Shown here: positions 1 to 13,887 of the stretch, piece by piece | Layout of the letters: each line of letters opens with the position of its first letter | Numbering within the stretch: position 1 is the stretch's first letter | Origin: Cyanophora paradoxa CCMP329 | Lineage: Eukaryota > Plantae > Glaucophyta | DNA: 64,000 bases | Direction of reading: 5' to 3' | NCBI GenBank assembly: GCA_004431415.1 | Contig: QPMI01000027.1 | Location: 1 to 64,000 of the forward strand | Made by a program: the position numbers and the translations under genes | The notes under the pieces: generated by a model | What the model was told of the DNA's origin: nothing | The model's input: only the letters and a program-made list of their open reading frames with translations | Database searches by the model: none

Positions 1-91
1 CGGCTTTTCGATTTAAATGAATATGGAAGCCTTTTAATTTCCTAATCTTCTATTCGATGTACATGGCCCCACGTTGTTCATTGTAAAATTA

Positions 92-192
92 TGAGCTTCT
101 AGCGACGCCTGCAATTATAAAATTATGATCATGAGCTTCTAGCGAGGCCTGCAATTATTAAAAATAGTGAGCTTCTAGCGAGGCCTGCAATT
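92..192. repeat. Three-copy minisatellite, 25-bp core TGAGCTTCTAGCGA(C/G)GCCTGCAATT
   Basis: Copies at 92-116, 132-156 and 168-192, separated by 15 and 11 nt AT-rich spacers. Confidence 0.9.
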
Positions 193-210
193 GGGTTTTG
201 CCTCGTCTTT

Positions 211-3200
211 TTAAACGTGGCAGGCTGTCGCGTGGCGAGGGGCGCGGCGCGGGCGCACGGGGAAGCGGCTCTGGCGGAAGAGTGCGGTGGCCAACAGCGC
301 GTGGTACTGCGCCCGCATCCCCTGCGGCGCGGGGCGGCGTTGAGGGTGAGGAGGCTAGCGGGGAGCGCTGGGGCCCCGGGTGGCGGGGGCGGGGGCGGGG
401 CGTGCCTTGAGGGAGCGGAAGTCGTCGTCGCCGAACTCGGCGCGGGCGGCGCGCACGAGGGCCTCCGCGCGCCGCCCCTCCCCGCCCCCCGCCAGCACGC
501 ACTCCGCCCGCCCCAGCAGCCTGCCCCCCGCCCCGGACCCCTCACCCCCCGGCCCCGCCCCAGGCCCCCGGCCCGGCGCCCCTCGGCATCTGGCGCACGC
601 CATGGCGGCGAAGACGCAGGTCGCGATCTGGCGGGCGGGGCGGGCCGGGGGGCCGTGAGGGCGGGGCGGGGCGGGTGCGGGGGCGGGGCCGGGGGCGCCT
701 TGCGGGAGAGGGCGGCGGCGGCGGCGTAGGCGGCGTCGGCCTCAGCGAGGCGGCCCCGCAGCAGCGCCACGTGCCTGCCGCCCCCGCCCCCGCCCCCGCC
801 TCACCCCCCGCACACCCAGCCTGCATCGCCCCGCCCGCTCCCGCAGCGGCCCCTCACCCGTAGTTGACGAGCAGGTAGCACTCCGTCCCGGGGCAGCTGC
901 GCCGCGGCCGCGCCTCAGCGAGGCCCCGCCGCGCGCTGGTTTCGACGGGAGGCGGGCTGGGGGCGGGGCGGGGACGCGCCTGCTCTCGCGCATCCAGGCG
1001 AGGCCCTCGCGGGCGACGGCCTCGGCGGCGTCGAGCTCGCCGGCCCCCGTCAGCATGATCGTCTTCGAGATGAAGAGGTACTCCGAGTTGAAGGGCGACG
1101 CCGCCCCCGCCCGCCACGCCCCCTCCGCCTCCGCCAGCCAGGGCGCCGCCTGCCGCCAGAGCCCCAGGATGCGCATGTTGTTGTACCTGGGGGGGCGGGG
1201 CGTGAGGGCGGGATGCCCGGAGGGAGGGGGCGGGGGCGGGGGGCGGGCGGGGCGCGCATGCTGGTGCAGGCGACGACGTAGTGGGCGGCGTCGGGCTCCC
1301 GCAGCACGAGCCGCACGTACCGCAGCGAGTAGTGCATGCTCCCCAGCACCTCCCCCTCGTACAGCTGGCCCCGCCCCCCACCCTCAGCCCTAGCCGCCTT
1401 CGGGGCCTCCGTCGGGAAGGATCGCCTATCGACTTCCGGGGCGTGGCTGGGTGGGGCGGGGGGGCGGGGCGGGCGCGCCAGGAGAATGATGTAGAGGGGC
1501 ACGAGGAGCAGCGTCACCTCCCGCTCCTCCCGCTCCCACTCGGCCGCCCCAGAGGCGCCCCCGCCCCCCGAGGCCGCCCCGGCGGCGGCGGCGAGGCGCT
1601 CGCCGAGGCCGCGAGGAGGGCCCCAGAGGAGGGCCCTAGCGAGGGCGGCCGCCGAGCCGGCGAGCAGCTGCGCCTCCGCTACCGTCGGCCAGCCCAGCAG
1701 CCCCAGGCACTGCTCCGCCGCCTGCCCCGCCCCCTCAGCGCACGGAGCCGCCCCCGCGCAATTCGAAGCGTCAGCAGCCGCCGCCAGCTGGGCGGGCGGG
1801 CAGGAGCTGGGGCTAGAGCACGCGGCATTAATCTCTAGCTTCCTTTCTAGATTTGGTTACAGCGCGCGGAAGCGGGCCCTCGATTGAGCGCACGAAGGGC
1901 AATGACAGTCAACCGCGGTTAAAAGAGGCACCAAGTTCCCACGGTTTTTATCGTTCGCCCCGCCCGTGTCTGTAAACTAAAATGCACAGGAGGGGCGGGT
2001 GAGCTGGGGCGCACGCGGTGCGCCTCGCCGAGGCGGCCGCTCTTGAAGAGGGAGTCGGTGAGGACAAAGAGGCGCCGCGCCGCCCCCGCCCGCCCCGCCG
2101 CCCGCTCCGCAGCGCCGGCCGCGTCGTACACCGCCATCGCCTGCGCGCCGGCTGGGCCTCAGCGCGGCGCGGTGGCAGCGGAGCGGGCGCCGCTGGGGCG
2201 GCCTCCTCGGCGGCTGCGGGTGGAGGGGCGGGCCTGGCGGGCGAGGGCGGCGGCCTCGGCGAAGGCCCCGATGCGGTGCGCCCGCTCCGCCGCCCCGTCC
2301 ACGTGCTCCAGCCCCGCCACCCTCGCCTCCCGCCCCGCAGCCAGTGGTCTGCCCGCGAGCTCGCGCCGCTGCTCGAGGGGGGAGAGGGGGAGGGCGGGGC
2401 GCGCACAGGCGAGGAGGGCGGCGCGGGCGGCGGGGCGGTGGCGGCGGCGGCGGCGTCGCTGGTGAGCCAGGCGACGGCGCGCCGGTGGAGGCGCTGGCGG
2501 TCGCCCTCGCCCAGCATCTGCCCCCGCCGCCTCGGGCGGGCGGCCTCGGGCGGGGTGCGGGGCCGGGCGCACGCGGTAGAGGGCCTCGGCGACGAAGCCC
2601 TGGTAGAAGGCGTAGGCCGGCCCTCGCCCCGGCCCCCGCCCCCTCCACCCGCCCCAGCACCCGCGCCCCCTCCAGCTGCCGCCCCGCCCGGCGCCTCGCT
2701 CGCTGGGGCGGGGCGGGGGCGGCGCGGGAGGCGGCAGCGGGGCGGACGGTGCGGAGGTCCTCGAGGAGGGCGGCCTCCTCGGCGTCCTCCCCCAGCACGT
2801 GCACCGCCAGCGCCACCGCGAACCGCGGCCCGAGCGCCTGCCCGGAGCAGGCGGGCGCCGGTGAGCAGCCGCCCCGCGCGCTGGGGCCCGGCTGCGAGGG
2901 GCGGACGGAGGCGAGCTTGGCGGCGGTGGCGGCGCGGGCGGGAGGGCCTCGACGCGGGCGACGACGAGGCGCTCGAGGGAGTGGGGGACGGGGAGGCGCC
3001 CGTGGGGCCCTCGCCCGCCGCCTCCAGCACGCCGCGGGCGACCTCCAGCGCGGGGCCGGCCCGCACCGCCAGCAGGCCCCGCCGCACCAGGTACCCCGCC
3101 ATCTGCCCCCCCGCCCTCAGCCCGCCCCGCCGCCCCGCCCCCGCCTCGCGCGGCGCGCCTCGCTGATGGCGAACGCGTTGCCGCGGGCCGCCTCACAGAG

Positions 3201-6200
3201 CGCCTCCGCCAGCGCCCGCGGCACCGCCTCCGCCGCCACGCCCAGCTTCCCCGCCTGCGCACCCCGACGCCGGCCCCCGCCCCCCGCTCAGCGCCCGCCC
3301 CTCGCACCCACAGCGAGCAGCTCCCAATCGACCCGACGGGCTCTAGGCCCCAGACGATCCTATGACCCGCTCGGCCTCGGCCCGTCCTGGCCTGGGCGCT
3401 GGGCTGTTGGGGCATGGGACGGGGGCGGTGCGCACGAGGAGCTCTGCGGACTGGTCGGGGGAGAGGGGCGCGAGCTCGAGGGCCCGCGCCCGGCCCCTGC
3501 CCCGCCCCGTCAGCAGCGCAGGGGCGGGGCAGGGGGATGGGGCGGGGGCGGGGGGCACAGGGAGCGGAGGGCGGCGAGGTCGGCGTCGAGGGGCGGCCCG
3601 GGGCGCGCTGTCACCAGCACCGAGACCCCCCTGCGCAGCCGGCGCGGTCAGGGCGGGGTCGGGCGGCGCGGGGGCGCGGGCTGGGGGCGGGGGCGGGGCA
3701 CGGGGCGGCGGCGAGGTTGGCGAGGAGGCGGAGGGAGGCGGAGTCCATCGCGTGCCCGTCCTCCGCGATCAGCACCGCCTGCGCCCGCGCAGGAGGGCGC
3801 GCCTCGGGCGGGGGCGGGGCGGCGGGGCGGGGGCGGGGGCGGGGCGCACGCGGAGGGCTCGGAGGGCAGCGGCGAGGAGGTCGGAGAGGAATGCGAGGGC
3901 GCCCTCCCCCAGCGAGTCCAGCCGCCCCGCTCCCGCCCCCGCCCCCTGCACCCAACCTCAGCAGAGCGCGAGAGAAAGAGAGGGGGGGCCTGCGGGCGGG
4001 GTGCCTGCGAGGAGGGGGCCCGCCCCTCGCCCTCCCCGCCCTCCTCGTCCGACTCGAGCTGCAGCAGCTCCTCCAGCGCCTGCGCGCCCCGCCCCCGAGC
4101 TCACCTCAGCCCGCTTCCCCTCGCGCAAGCCCCGCACGCAAGGCGGCGCCGGCCGGCCCAATTCGCTTGGAGTGGCTCGGGTGAGCTCGGCGCGGCTCGA
4201 GCGCGGGGCGGGGCGGGGCGGGGGCTGCGCGCACGGCGGCGTTGGCGGGGGTGGCGAGGGTCGGGTCGACGGCCCCGATGAAACGTCCCGCCCGCCTGCG
4301 CCCCGGCCCGGCTCGCCGAGGCAGGGCCCGGCCGGGAGCGCGGGCGCGCAAGCGATGCGGCGCCGGCGCACGAGTACTGCGAGGGGACGGGGCGGGCCGC
4401 GACGGGGAGGGACATCACAGCGATCGCATCGCCCGCGGTGCCCGCGCCCCTGCGACCCGCATCGGCCTCGAAGGGGCGGGGCGGGGCCGGCGGGGGGGCG
4501 GACGGGGCGGCGAGGGCCGGGAGAGGTCGGCGGGGGCGCCACGCGGCTGCGCGGCAGGGGGCTCGACGAGGCGCTGCTCTCGCCCTCGCTTGCCGCCTGC
4601 GCCGCCGCCGCCACGTGAGGCCGCGCAGGCGGGCGGGCGGGCGGCAGGGGAGCGCCTCGGAGGCGTAGGAGCCGACCGGCGTCTCCGACTCGCCGTCCGA
4701 CGCGGGGCCCTCGCCGCCGGCGCCGCCCCGCCCCGCGGCCTGCGGCGGGGAGCTGCGGCAGGCGGGCGGGGCGCGGGGCGGGGGCCGGGGCGGGGCGGCG
4801 GACGCTGGGCGGGCGGGGTCGAGGAGGTCGACGAGGTAGCAGAGGAGGCCGCCGAACGCGTGGAACGGCCTGCGCGCCCCGGGGCCCCCGATCAGAGCAG
4901 GTCGCATCGGATGGCGTCGGGTGCGGGCGGGCCGGGACGACTCGAGGGGGTCCCCGCAGGCGGCGAGGTAGGGGATCTCCACCGCGTCGGCCAGCCGCCG
5001 GCACTCCCGCCCCACCGCCGACTTCCCCGCCCCGCCCTCCCCCGTCACCAGCAGCACGCCGCCCCCGTCCGCCTTCCCCCGGCTGCGGCGCGCGCGCCGG
5101 CTTCAGGGCGGCTGGCGGCGGGGCGGGGCGGGGCGGGCACCGGCGGCGAGGAAGGCGACGAGGGCGTCGGCGGCGGCGGGGCGGCCGCGCAGGCGCGAGC
5201 GGCGCGAGGCCGCCTCGGCGCGGAGGCGGGCGGCGAGCTGCGCCGCGAGCGCCGGCGTCGAGCTCGAGCGGCCCAGCCGCCGCTTCAGCGAGCCCGAGCC
5301 CGAGCCGGAGCCGGAGCCCGGGGCGCCCTCCACCGGCAGCACCAGAAGCGACCGCCCCGCCCGCCCGCGCGGCGTCCCCGGCCCCGGCCCGGCCGGCCCG
5401 TCGGGCTTCTCGCCCTCCGCGGCCTTCTCCGTGAACTCGTACCCCTCGCCGGCCCCCGCCTCTGCCTCCCAGTCCGACTCCTCGCCAGTCGCGAGGGGCC
5501 CCAGCGCCGGCCCGGGGATGCTGCGCCGCGCTCGGAGGGGCGGGGCGGGCGGGGCGGGGCGGGGCGTGGCGGGGCGGGGCGGGGCGCCTGCGGATGGCAG
5601 CGGAGTCTGCCCCGCCGCGGCGCACGCTGCCGGTGAGGCGAAAGGCCTCCACGGGGGCCCGCTTGCCCTGCGCCCCCCTCGCACCCCGCCCCGGCGCGAG
5701 GAGGCCGGGCGAGAGGGGCGGCGCCTTGAGGCTGAGGGGCGCGACGGCCTCGCTCTGCACCCGCTCGGGCCCCACCGCCTCCCGCGTCGCCTCGTCCACC
5801 AGTGTTTCTCCGTGCGCCGCCGCCATCAGCCTGGCCCCGCCCTCACACACGATCCCCGGGGCCCTGCAGATGCGCGGGCGCGGGCGCACCGGGCGGCGGT
5901 GTTGACGGCGTCGCCGAGCACCGAGTACTCGCACCTGCGCTCGTCCCCCACGATGCCCGCGAACACGCTGCGAGCGGGGCGGGAGGGCGGTCAGCGATGA
6001 ACGAGGGCGGAGAAGCGCCGGCGGGGCGGGGGCGTCGGGGGCGCGCCGCCCGGTGGCGATGCCGATGGAGGCCGAGGCGGCCCCGAGGCCCCGCCGCCGC
6101 AGCGCCTCCCGCACCCGCACCTGCCGCCCCGCCCGCCTCGCCTCCCCGCCGCGGCGCGCGGGGCCGCCGGCGGGGGCGCACGGCGAAGGCGCAGGCGCGG

Positions 6201-7859
6201 AGGGGGTCGTCCGTGTGCGTGGCAGCGAGCAGGCCGTACGAGACGAGGCCCACGAATCCCTGCCGCCGAGGGGCCGATTCAGCGGGGGGAGAGGGGCGGG
6301 AGATCCGCAAGGGAGGCGCCTTGTCGTCGCAGAAGAAGGAGCGCACGACGCCGCCCGTGCGCGCCGCCGCCTCCTGCGCCCCCGCGCCCCCGCCCTCGTC
6401 ACGCGCGCTCGCGTGGTCGGTCGATCGACCAGCCTTTGCGGCCGCCGGGGCGCCCGTGCGGCGGGGCGGGGGCGGGATGCGGTGCCGGCACTCGCCTGGG
6501 CGGCGGAGACGAAGAGGGCGAGGGCGCGGACGGCGGCCGGCTCGAGGCGCCCGCCGCGCGGCTGCCGGAAGGCGTCGTAGCGCAGGAAGAGGCTCGTGAT
6601 GATCCGCAGCTCCTTGAGGAACCTGCCGGCCGGGGGTTCACGGGGCGCCGGGCGGGCGGGGGGTCGGGGCGGGCCCCGAGCGGGCGAGGACGGCGGCCTC
6701 CACGTCGGGGGCACGAAGGCGGCCAGCGCGGCCTCGTCCTCGGGGGTTCAGGCCCCGGCCCGGGCGGTGCGGGCGGGGCGGGCGCCCCCGCGAGGGCGGC
6801 GAGGAGGCCCGGGCGAGCGGTCGTCCAGAACTCCTCCCCCCGGCCTCGGGCGACCGCGCCGCCGAGTCGATCCCGAGGAGGCGCAGCACCTGCGGCGCGG
6901 CGCCCTCGGGCCGCGCGGCTTGGCGGGGGGCGGGCGGGGGGCGGGCGGGGGCGCACCGCCGCGCTGATGGAGACCTCGCCGGCCTTGGCGCGGGAGAGGC
7001 CTGCGCGAGCCCGGCGCTCGCGGGGGCGCTCGCGGGGCCTGGAGGGGGGCCCCCGCACCGGCCTCGAGCGAGCCCAGGGGCTCGCCCACCACGCACGCCT
7101 CGAACTTGCCGGCGTACCCCCCGAGCCTGAGGGGGAAGAAGCGGCCGCCGGTGACAGCGAGGTGGACGGCGAGGGACCCCGTGCAGGCGGCGAGCAGGGC
7201 GCCGGCCATCTCCGCCGCCGCCCGCGCCGCCCCCGCCGCGCCCCCGGCAGCCTCCGCGTAGACCATCAGGAGCACCGAGTCCCCGAGGAAGCTGCGCGCA
7301 GGGGGCGTGAGGGCGGCGCGAGGGCGGCGCGAGGGCGGCCCCCCCGCGCCCCGAGGCGCCGCACCGCAAGGCATCGGCGCGGTAGCGCCGGCTCACTTCC
7401 AGGACCTCCTGGAAAACGCCCTGCCGGCCGAGGCGCGGTCGATGCGCGATCCGTTCCGGGGCGTAGCTAGCTAAGAGAAAGGGTCGGGGAGAAGCGCGCA
7501 CGTTGATCCTGGCGCTGAGCTCGTCGGCTCCCCGAGCCGGCTGCTGGTCGGCCAGGTCGAAGGGGCCAGGTCTGCTGCTCTCCTGCAGAACCTGAGCGAG
7601 CGCGACGGACCCGCTGATGTCCACGATGCAGCACACGCCCTGACGGATGGCGACGGGCCCGGGTAAGTCCGGCGCCCGGCCCGCGGTCGTTTCGAGGGCG
7701 GGCGGCGCCCGGCCGGCTGCTGCGTACGCGGACCCGCTCGCTCACCTCGAAAGGCTGTAGTTGCGGCTCCGCAGCCTCCGTGGCTTCATCCTTGACCCAT
7801 GGCCATCGGTGGCGAACCAGGTCGGGGACGAACGCCCCGAGGCTTGGTGTGCCCCGCAT
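211..7859 (-). CDS. Multi-exon soluble adenylate cyclase (ADCY10)-like protein: two class III cyclase domains, STAND/AAA NTPase and TPR-like tail
   Basis: ATG at 7859 (GCCATG). Spliced peptides include GVCCIVDISG and R|FLGDSVLL (C1), FFCDDK|GFVGL, SIGIATG and EYSVLGDAVNTAA|RLMAAA (C2), Walker A LLVTGEGGAGKS near 5020-5057, then helical repeats (VALLRGRLAEADAAY). The 3' end is uncertain: TAA at 211-213, or splicing from a GT donor at 258 to beyond the window. Confidence 0.8.
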
Positions 7860-8374
7860 GGCGATGTTTGCGTACGTCTTAGCTTGCCGCGTTTCACGTA
7901 GCTACGGTGCACATCGGGCGAGACCTATACGCGCCCGCCAATTGAAACTAAATACGCGCCGCGGCGAGGGCTGCTGCTGCAGCCTGCAGCACCGTCATAC
8001 GTATACCGGTGGCCGCTCCCGGGGCTCCGTATACGTAGTGCTCTCGTGACTGGAAACGCCGAATTACGGTACCGGTGCCCCCCTCGCCGGTAGCTCAAGC
8101 GCGCGGCGCGCGCTGACGCTCGGACGTACGTCGACGTCGACGATTGCTATATATGTGATCACGGCTCATCATCGCGGCTCGTGCCAAGAGTCCATAGCAT
8201 GCACGCGTACGTTGAGTCAGAGCGACCTCAGGGCCTGCCGCATTCCCGCGATCCCGCGCATGAGCACTAGTACCGCATCGCCCCCGTGATCGGGGGACTT
8301 CGGTGAAGGTCTGTTCGCCGTGGACGAAACGCACACGCGATGCCGAGCGGGGCGGCGGGCGAGGCGGGCGGCGG

Positions 8375-11300
8375 CTATTCCTGCCCCGCAACCTTCTGCT
8401 TCTTCCACTTGTGGGCCATCTCGAGGATCTTGAGGTTCGGGCGCGCCGCCGCCTCTGAAGCGGCGGCGTGAGGCGCGCGCGCAGGACAAAGGCGGCGACC
8501 TTCTCCGCTCGCACCGTCCGGGAAGACGTAGTCGTAGTACTCCTCCCAGCCGCCCGAGCTCTGAGGGTGCGTGTGAGCGCGTGTGGCGCCGGCGGCCGGC
8601 TAAGCAAGCGGGGGGCGGGGGCCGGGGCGGGGCGCACCCCATCGTCGGCGGTGATCTCGCGCCGCTTCTTGATGCGCTTCGGCAGCTTGCTCCGCACCTC
8701 GTCCTGGGGCGGCCGGGTGAGGCGGGGGCGGGGGGGCGGGGGGCTTCGGGGGCGGCCGACCTGGGAGAGCTTGTCGCCCTTGTCGGCCTCGAACTCGGTC
8801 CACTTCTCGAGCAGGAGGACGCGCTGGCGTGCGGGGCCGGTGAGCGGCGCGGCGCGGGGCGGGGGAGCGCTCCAGGGGGCCCTCGCGCGGACCTCCTCCT
8901 TCTGGTCGGGTTGCTTGGCGAGGAAGGCGTCGGCGCGGCGGAAGACCTCCCGCGCCATCTCCGCCTCCTCCGCCGGCCCCGCCTCGAACTGCGCGTACGA
9001 GATCCACACCTGGCCCCGCCCCGCCCTCAGCAGCCGCCCCCCGCCGCCAGCGGCCCGGACGAGAGAGCGGCCACACCTTGACGTGCTTCGTCCGCTCGAG
9101 GAGGCGCTCGTACAGGCGCCGCGTCCGCCCGTGGTCCCGCAGCGCGATCTCGAAGTCTGGGCGCGCGCGCCGCGGGATGAGAGGGGATGGGATGGGAAGC
9201 TCGGGGCGGGGCGGGGGCACCGATGTAGGCCTTCCAAATGACCTCGGGCATGTCGAGGGCCGGCTGCTGGATTGCCAGCTCGAAGATCGCCCGCGCCCGC
9301 TCGTGCTGCCCCCGTTCGCCCGTCGGCCCGGCGCGCGGGGCGCGAGGCGCGGGGCGGGGCGCGGGGCGCGGGGGCGCACCTCCCCGACGGTCTTCTCGAG
9401 GTCGGCGAACTTGGCCCACGCCGCGCAGTTCGAGGGCGCGTACTGGAGCCACTTCTCGTACAGGGCCCGACACCTGCGTGCGCCGCCGGCCCACGCGCTC
9501 GCTCCAGGGGCGCGGGGAAGGTAGAGGAAGGGGCGGGGCGAGCGGGGGGCGCGCCTCTCAATCTCGCCGAGCTGAAGCTCGAGCTGGATGTAGCCGCGGA
9601 AGATCTTCTCCTTGGGGGCCATGCCGACGGCGGCGCCCAGGACCTGGCGTGCCGCCTGCAGGTTCTTCTGCCGCACCTCGAAGTGCGCGTACATCAGCCA
9701 GATCTGCCGCCCCGTCAGATCGGCGCGGGGCGGGGCCGGCGAGGGGCCGAGCGGGGCGGGCCTTGGAGAATGAGAAGGCCTTGTGGGGGATGAGCTTGAT
9801 GCAGGCTTTGTAGACCTCGCGCGTCTTCTCCGCGTCCTGCGGCCGCCGCCCTCGCGTCGGACGGGGCCGGATGCGATGCGGCGCGACGCCGGCGCACGGC
9901 GGCGTCGAGCTCCTCGTAGAGGGCGTAGTTGATCCATATGTAGACGTAGCGGTACCAGAGCCGCTTCTCCGACGCCGGCGGCACGTTCGCGATCGCCCGC
10001 TCGTACACCTGCCGCCCCGCCCCGCCCCCCTCGGTCCGGGGCGAGCGGGCCCAGGGGGGGGCGCTGCCGGCCAGACCTCCTCGATGCGCGCGCGGTCGCC
10101 GTTGGACTCCTCCAGCCGGATGTAGTCGAACCAGACGTCGTAGTTCTTGCTGTTCACCTGCCCCGCCGCTCGGCGGCCCGGCCCGCGGCGGGGCGGGACG
10201 GGACGGGGGCGGACTTTGAGCTCCTCCTCGTACTGGAAGCGGCGCTTGGAGAGGATGATGCCCTCCACGCTCTCCCGCTCCCCGTGCATCTTCTCGAACT
10301 GGATGTACTCCTGCCCGCCCACGCCCCGCCCGCTCGCAGCCGCCTCCCCGCGCGCGGGCGGGTCGCCGGCGCGGACCTTGTACAGGGTGGCGGCCTTGGC
10401 CTTGGGGACCTTGCTCATCGCGTACTTGTAGATCGTCCGCGCACGCTCCACCTGCGCCCCGCCGGCCCCCGCTCGCATACGCCCCGCCGCGCACTCCCGG
10501 GGCGGGGGGAGGCGCACCTCCTTGCACCGCTCCTCGAACTTGGCGAAGGTGATGAAGAGATCCTCGTCCTGAGTGGGCGGCGCCCGTCAGCAAAGGCGCC
10601 CCGCCCCGCCCCGGCTAAAGCACCGCCCCGGCCCGCCCCGCCCCGCCCCGCACCTCGCAGGTCTCGCCCAGCCCTTCGACGGCGCGCTCGAACACTCGCC
10701 GCGCCTGCGGTGGCGCTCGGCGCGGCGCGGCGGAAGCAGGGCCGGCGGGCGCGGGCGTGGCGGGGCGGGGCTAGGGAGGCCGCACCCGGTCGCGCTCCAT
10801 GAGCCGCTCCTCGAACTTGGCGTACTTCAGCCACGCCTTCACCGTGTTGTGGTTGGCGATGTCTGCGCGCCCCCGCCTCAGCGGCAGGCAGCGGGCGGCG
10901 AGGGCGGGGGCGGGGCCGGGGGCGGGGGCGGACATCGCTCCATGATGCGGCGCGCGTGCTCGACCTCGCCGTAGCGGAGCTCCAGCTTCACGTAGCTCGT
11001 CCACGCGTGGTCGTCCGGGTTCCACTGCATCCACCTGCCGCGCGCCCCGCCCCGCCCGCCTCGGCGCGCGCCCCGCGGAGCCAGCCTCAGAGCCGGGCCC
11101 ACCGCTCGAAGATTTGCCGCGATCCCGTGACGTTGCCGAGCATCTCTTCCATGTGCGCGTACTTGTACCACAGCTGGTCAACCTGCGGCGAGCGTGAGGG
11201 CGGGACGCCAGCGCGGCGGCGGCGGCAGTGCGGACCCGCGGCAGGAGCGTGACGGCTCGATCCCAAATGTTTCGCGCGTGGTTGATGAACTTGTTCTTCA

Positions 11301-11879
11301 TTTCCATCTCCGCGTAACGCAGCCAGACGGTCGAGTTGCGGTAGTCAACGTCGATGGCGCGCTCGAAGACCGAGCGTGCGCTGCGGCGGCGGTCAGTGCG
11401 GGCCCCCGCAGGCGCAGCGCGAGCCGCTCACCGGGCGAAGTCCTTCTGGCTTTCCTCCCACGCTGCATACTTCACCCAGTTGGCCATCAGCGTCCTGTTC
11501 TTCCGAATGTTGTCCTCGAAGGTCTTCCGCTTGTTGAGGCTGCAAGGCAGGGCGTGAGCGAGCTTCGCATCATCGATGACGGCGTTCGAACATCCCCGTA
11601 CCGATAGTCGGCCAGCTCCTCCTCATCTGTGATCTTCTGGCGAGGCGGCTTGAAGTCGGGGTCCTGCCTGTCCTTCGCTTCACGCAGAATCTGCTCCGCT
11701 GTGATCTGGACGGGCGCGGGCGTCTTGTTCTTGACCTGCGGCGCGATGGGGTGCTTGTGTGAGCAGTGCAATGGGGGAGCCGACCAGATGGGCGGCACCC
11801 GCGTCGTCTTCGGAAGCTTCTGGGCGAGAACGCCCGTAAGCTGCGATTTCGGCATCCCGACCGGCTGCGACTGCGACAT
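8375..11879 (-). CDS. CRNKL1: Crooked neck / Syf3 / Clf1 HAT-repeat splicing factor (about 23 introns)
   Basis: Spliced N-terminus TTR|[48 protein letters not shown]|[32 protein letters not shown] and C-terminal [15 protein letters not shown], all diagnostic of Crn. TAG at 8375-8377. Confidence 0.95.
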
Positions 11880-12523
11880 TGCTGGGCCGGAGTAGGGACT
11901 CGACCGCAATCGATCTACACCAGTCGCGCTGCGCTGTGTGGTCGCACAATCGACTTTGCTCGTGCGTGCGATGCTAGGCTAGCTGCTGGAGTAGAGAAGG
12001 CGCCTGTACCCTGAGGGTCTGGGGGCGGGACGAAAGCCGTCCGGGTACACCTCTAATGGACGCGCTGTCCGGGGCGCCGCGAAGAGCTCCCGCCGGGGGC
12101 CTCAGAGTAGCAAAAGAGCTACGCAGCACGAATTTAGCACGTTTGAGCTCGCCATACCGCGACGGCGGTTCCGCGCCCGTTACGCATCGCTTCGTCTTCT
12201 TGTGGCCCGCATGGTCCGGTGAACGCGTAAAAGTGTTCGGAAGCAATGGGAGCACTAGCTAGCTCTCGCTCACCGTCGCCGGCCGCACGTGCATCCGACG
12301 TCATTGCAGACCGGGACGTCACCGCTTGAACGGCGTCGGCCGCGTACGCGTACGCGTCACTGCGATTCGCGATTCGCGAATCGACACGACCGTCAACCGG
12401 CCCCGCGCAACATCAGAAACACCGCATTCGCATCTTACGCGCTCGTCTCTTCTCCGGTTCGAGGCTCCATCAGCTAGCGCTCCCCGCTCCGGCCCAGCCG
12501 CAAAGAAGCTTCGGTTCGTCGCC

Positions 12524-13254
12524 ATGGCCGCCCGTGTTTGCAAAGCCTTCATCCGGGACATGAAGAACTACCCCGAGGTTAGCCGCGCTCCGCCCTATGT
12601 GGTCCGGCTGTTGACTGATCCTCTGCTCCTCGGCTAGATCATTCCCCTTCTGGTTCCTGTCACTATCGCGTGCTCCTTGTCGGTTTACGTGACTTTCGGT
12701 CCGTCTGCGTACGCGTACGCGTTCGGATTCGCCCTGACCTCGCCCCCCGCGCGCCCAGCCAAGCTGCTCGCGACTGGCTCGAACGACGTCGCCCTCCGCA
12801 AGGAGAAGATGCAGGGCGACATTTTCGTGACGAGCCAGCAGGTGCGCTGCCTGGGCCGCGACTTTTCTTTGGCGCGCAGCCGCTCACGCCATCGCGCGCC
12901 CCCGCGCAAATGCAGTGGGAGCACGTGTCTCCCCTCAAGGCCTTCACGGGCTATAGCGGCCGCTTCCTCGGCTGGATGAGCGCTATCCCCGAGGCGAGCC
13001 GCCCCGGGCGCCCCTTCGATAAGCCGCCCCGCGCCCCGCTGACTCGGGCATTTCGGGCGCGCCCTGCAGGAGTTCCACGCCGAGCCGATGAAGAAGCTCC
13101 GCGCCGAGGTACGCTCGAGACTTTTCCGAGACCGCCCCGCCCCGCTCGCCCAGCTGACGCGGGCATTGCGCAGGCGAAGCTGAAGTTCGACGCCGAGCAC
13201 GCCCGCATCGCCGCCGAGCAGGCCGCCTGGGAGAAGAACCACCCCCAGCAGTAG
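12524..13254 (+). CDS. NDUFA4/B12D-like small mitochondrial membrane protein
   Basis: Spliced MAARVCKAFIRDMKNYPE|IIPLLVPVTIACSLSVYVTFA|KLLATGSNDVALRK matches the PE-x-x-PL + single TM + DV-x-x-K pattern of this family (recognised from memory). TAG ends at 13254. Confidence 0.65.
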
Positions 13255-13887
13255 ATCTAGACCGCAGGCCCAAGCCAGCGCAGTTTTCCGGGCTCCGAGA
13301 GAGTTCAACATTACGCACATAGTCTTTATCATGGTATTCTTGCCCTTTTTCCTTCTTTGAACTTGGCGAACGGCTGCCCGGCTAGGCAGATGTATTTGTG
13401 CACATGTAAAGTAGGACGGAGGTTTAGGAGCTTCTGCTTGTTCAGATCAGGGTCGGTAGGGTTGTCAGGTCGCATATTCGAATTTGAACCTAATGAATTT
13501 CCTGCCAGCCGCAGGGCCGCGGGCCGCTTTCCGCAGGAGGCTTTGATTCAGTTACAGTGCCGCCGGGCCCCGCTGCAGCTGCCGACCCGAGCTCGCGATC
13601 GAGCTCGAGTTTTGCAGATTGGGATCGAAGGTCCTTGGGCGGGCCACAGCAGGGGCCAGGTCTACCGGGCCCCGGTACCGGTGGGGCTTCACAGTGTTCT
13701 TGAATATTAATGGATGGCATCGATATCCATTTGGCTCTGTGCTCGCGAGAGGGTGCGCGTGGCCCTTCGAAGCAAATGATGTTCGTGCGAACGTGCATGG
13801 GCATCGGGGTGAATTCGAAAGCCGCGATTTTCTTGCAATTTTGGTATTTACAGAGTGCGGTGAGGCGCCCTCAGAGACGCTCGAGAT

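Noticed and set aside
92-192. CRISPR-like repeat-spacer pattern
   Set aside because: Only 3 copies, the 11-15 nt spacers resemble each other, the context is eukaryotic and there are no cas genes. It is a minisatellite.
3958-6714. 918-aa ORF and other long R/P/G/A-rich ORFs
   Set aside because: Artefacts of stop-codon scarcity at very high GC. The real proteins are spliced from short exons across frames.
12365-12385. TCGCGA words as a shared bidirectional promoter motif (also near 14814, 37931 and 38034)
   Set aside because: Expected by chance in CG-rich DNA and also present elsewhere. No enrichment can be shown by eye.
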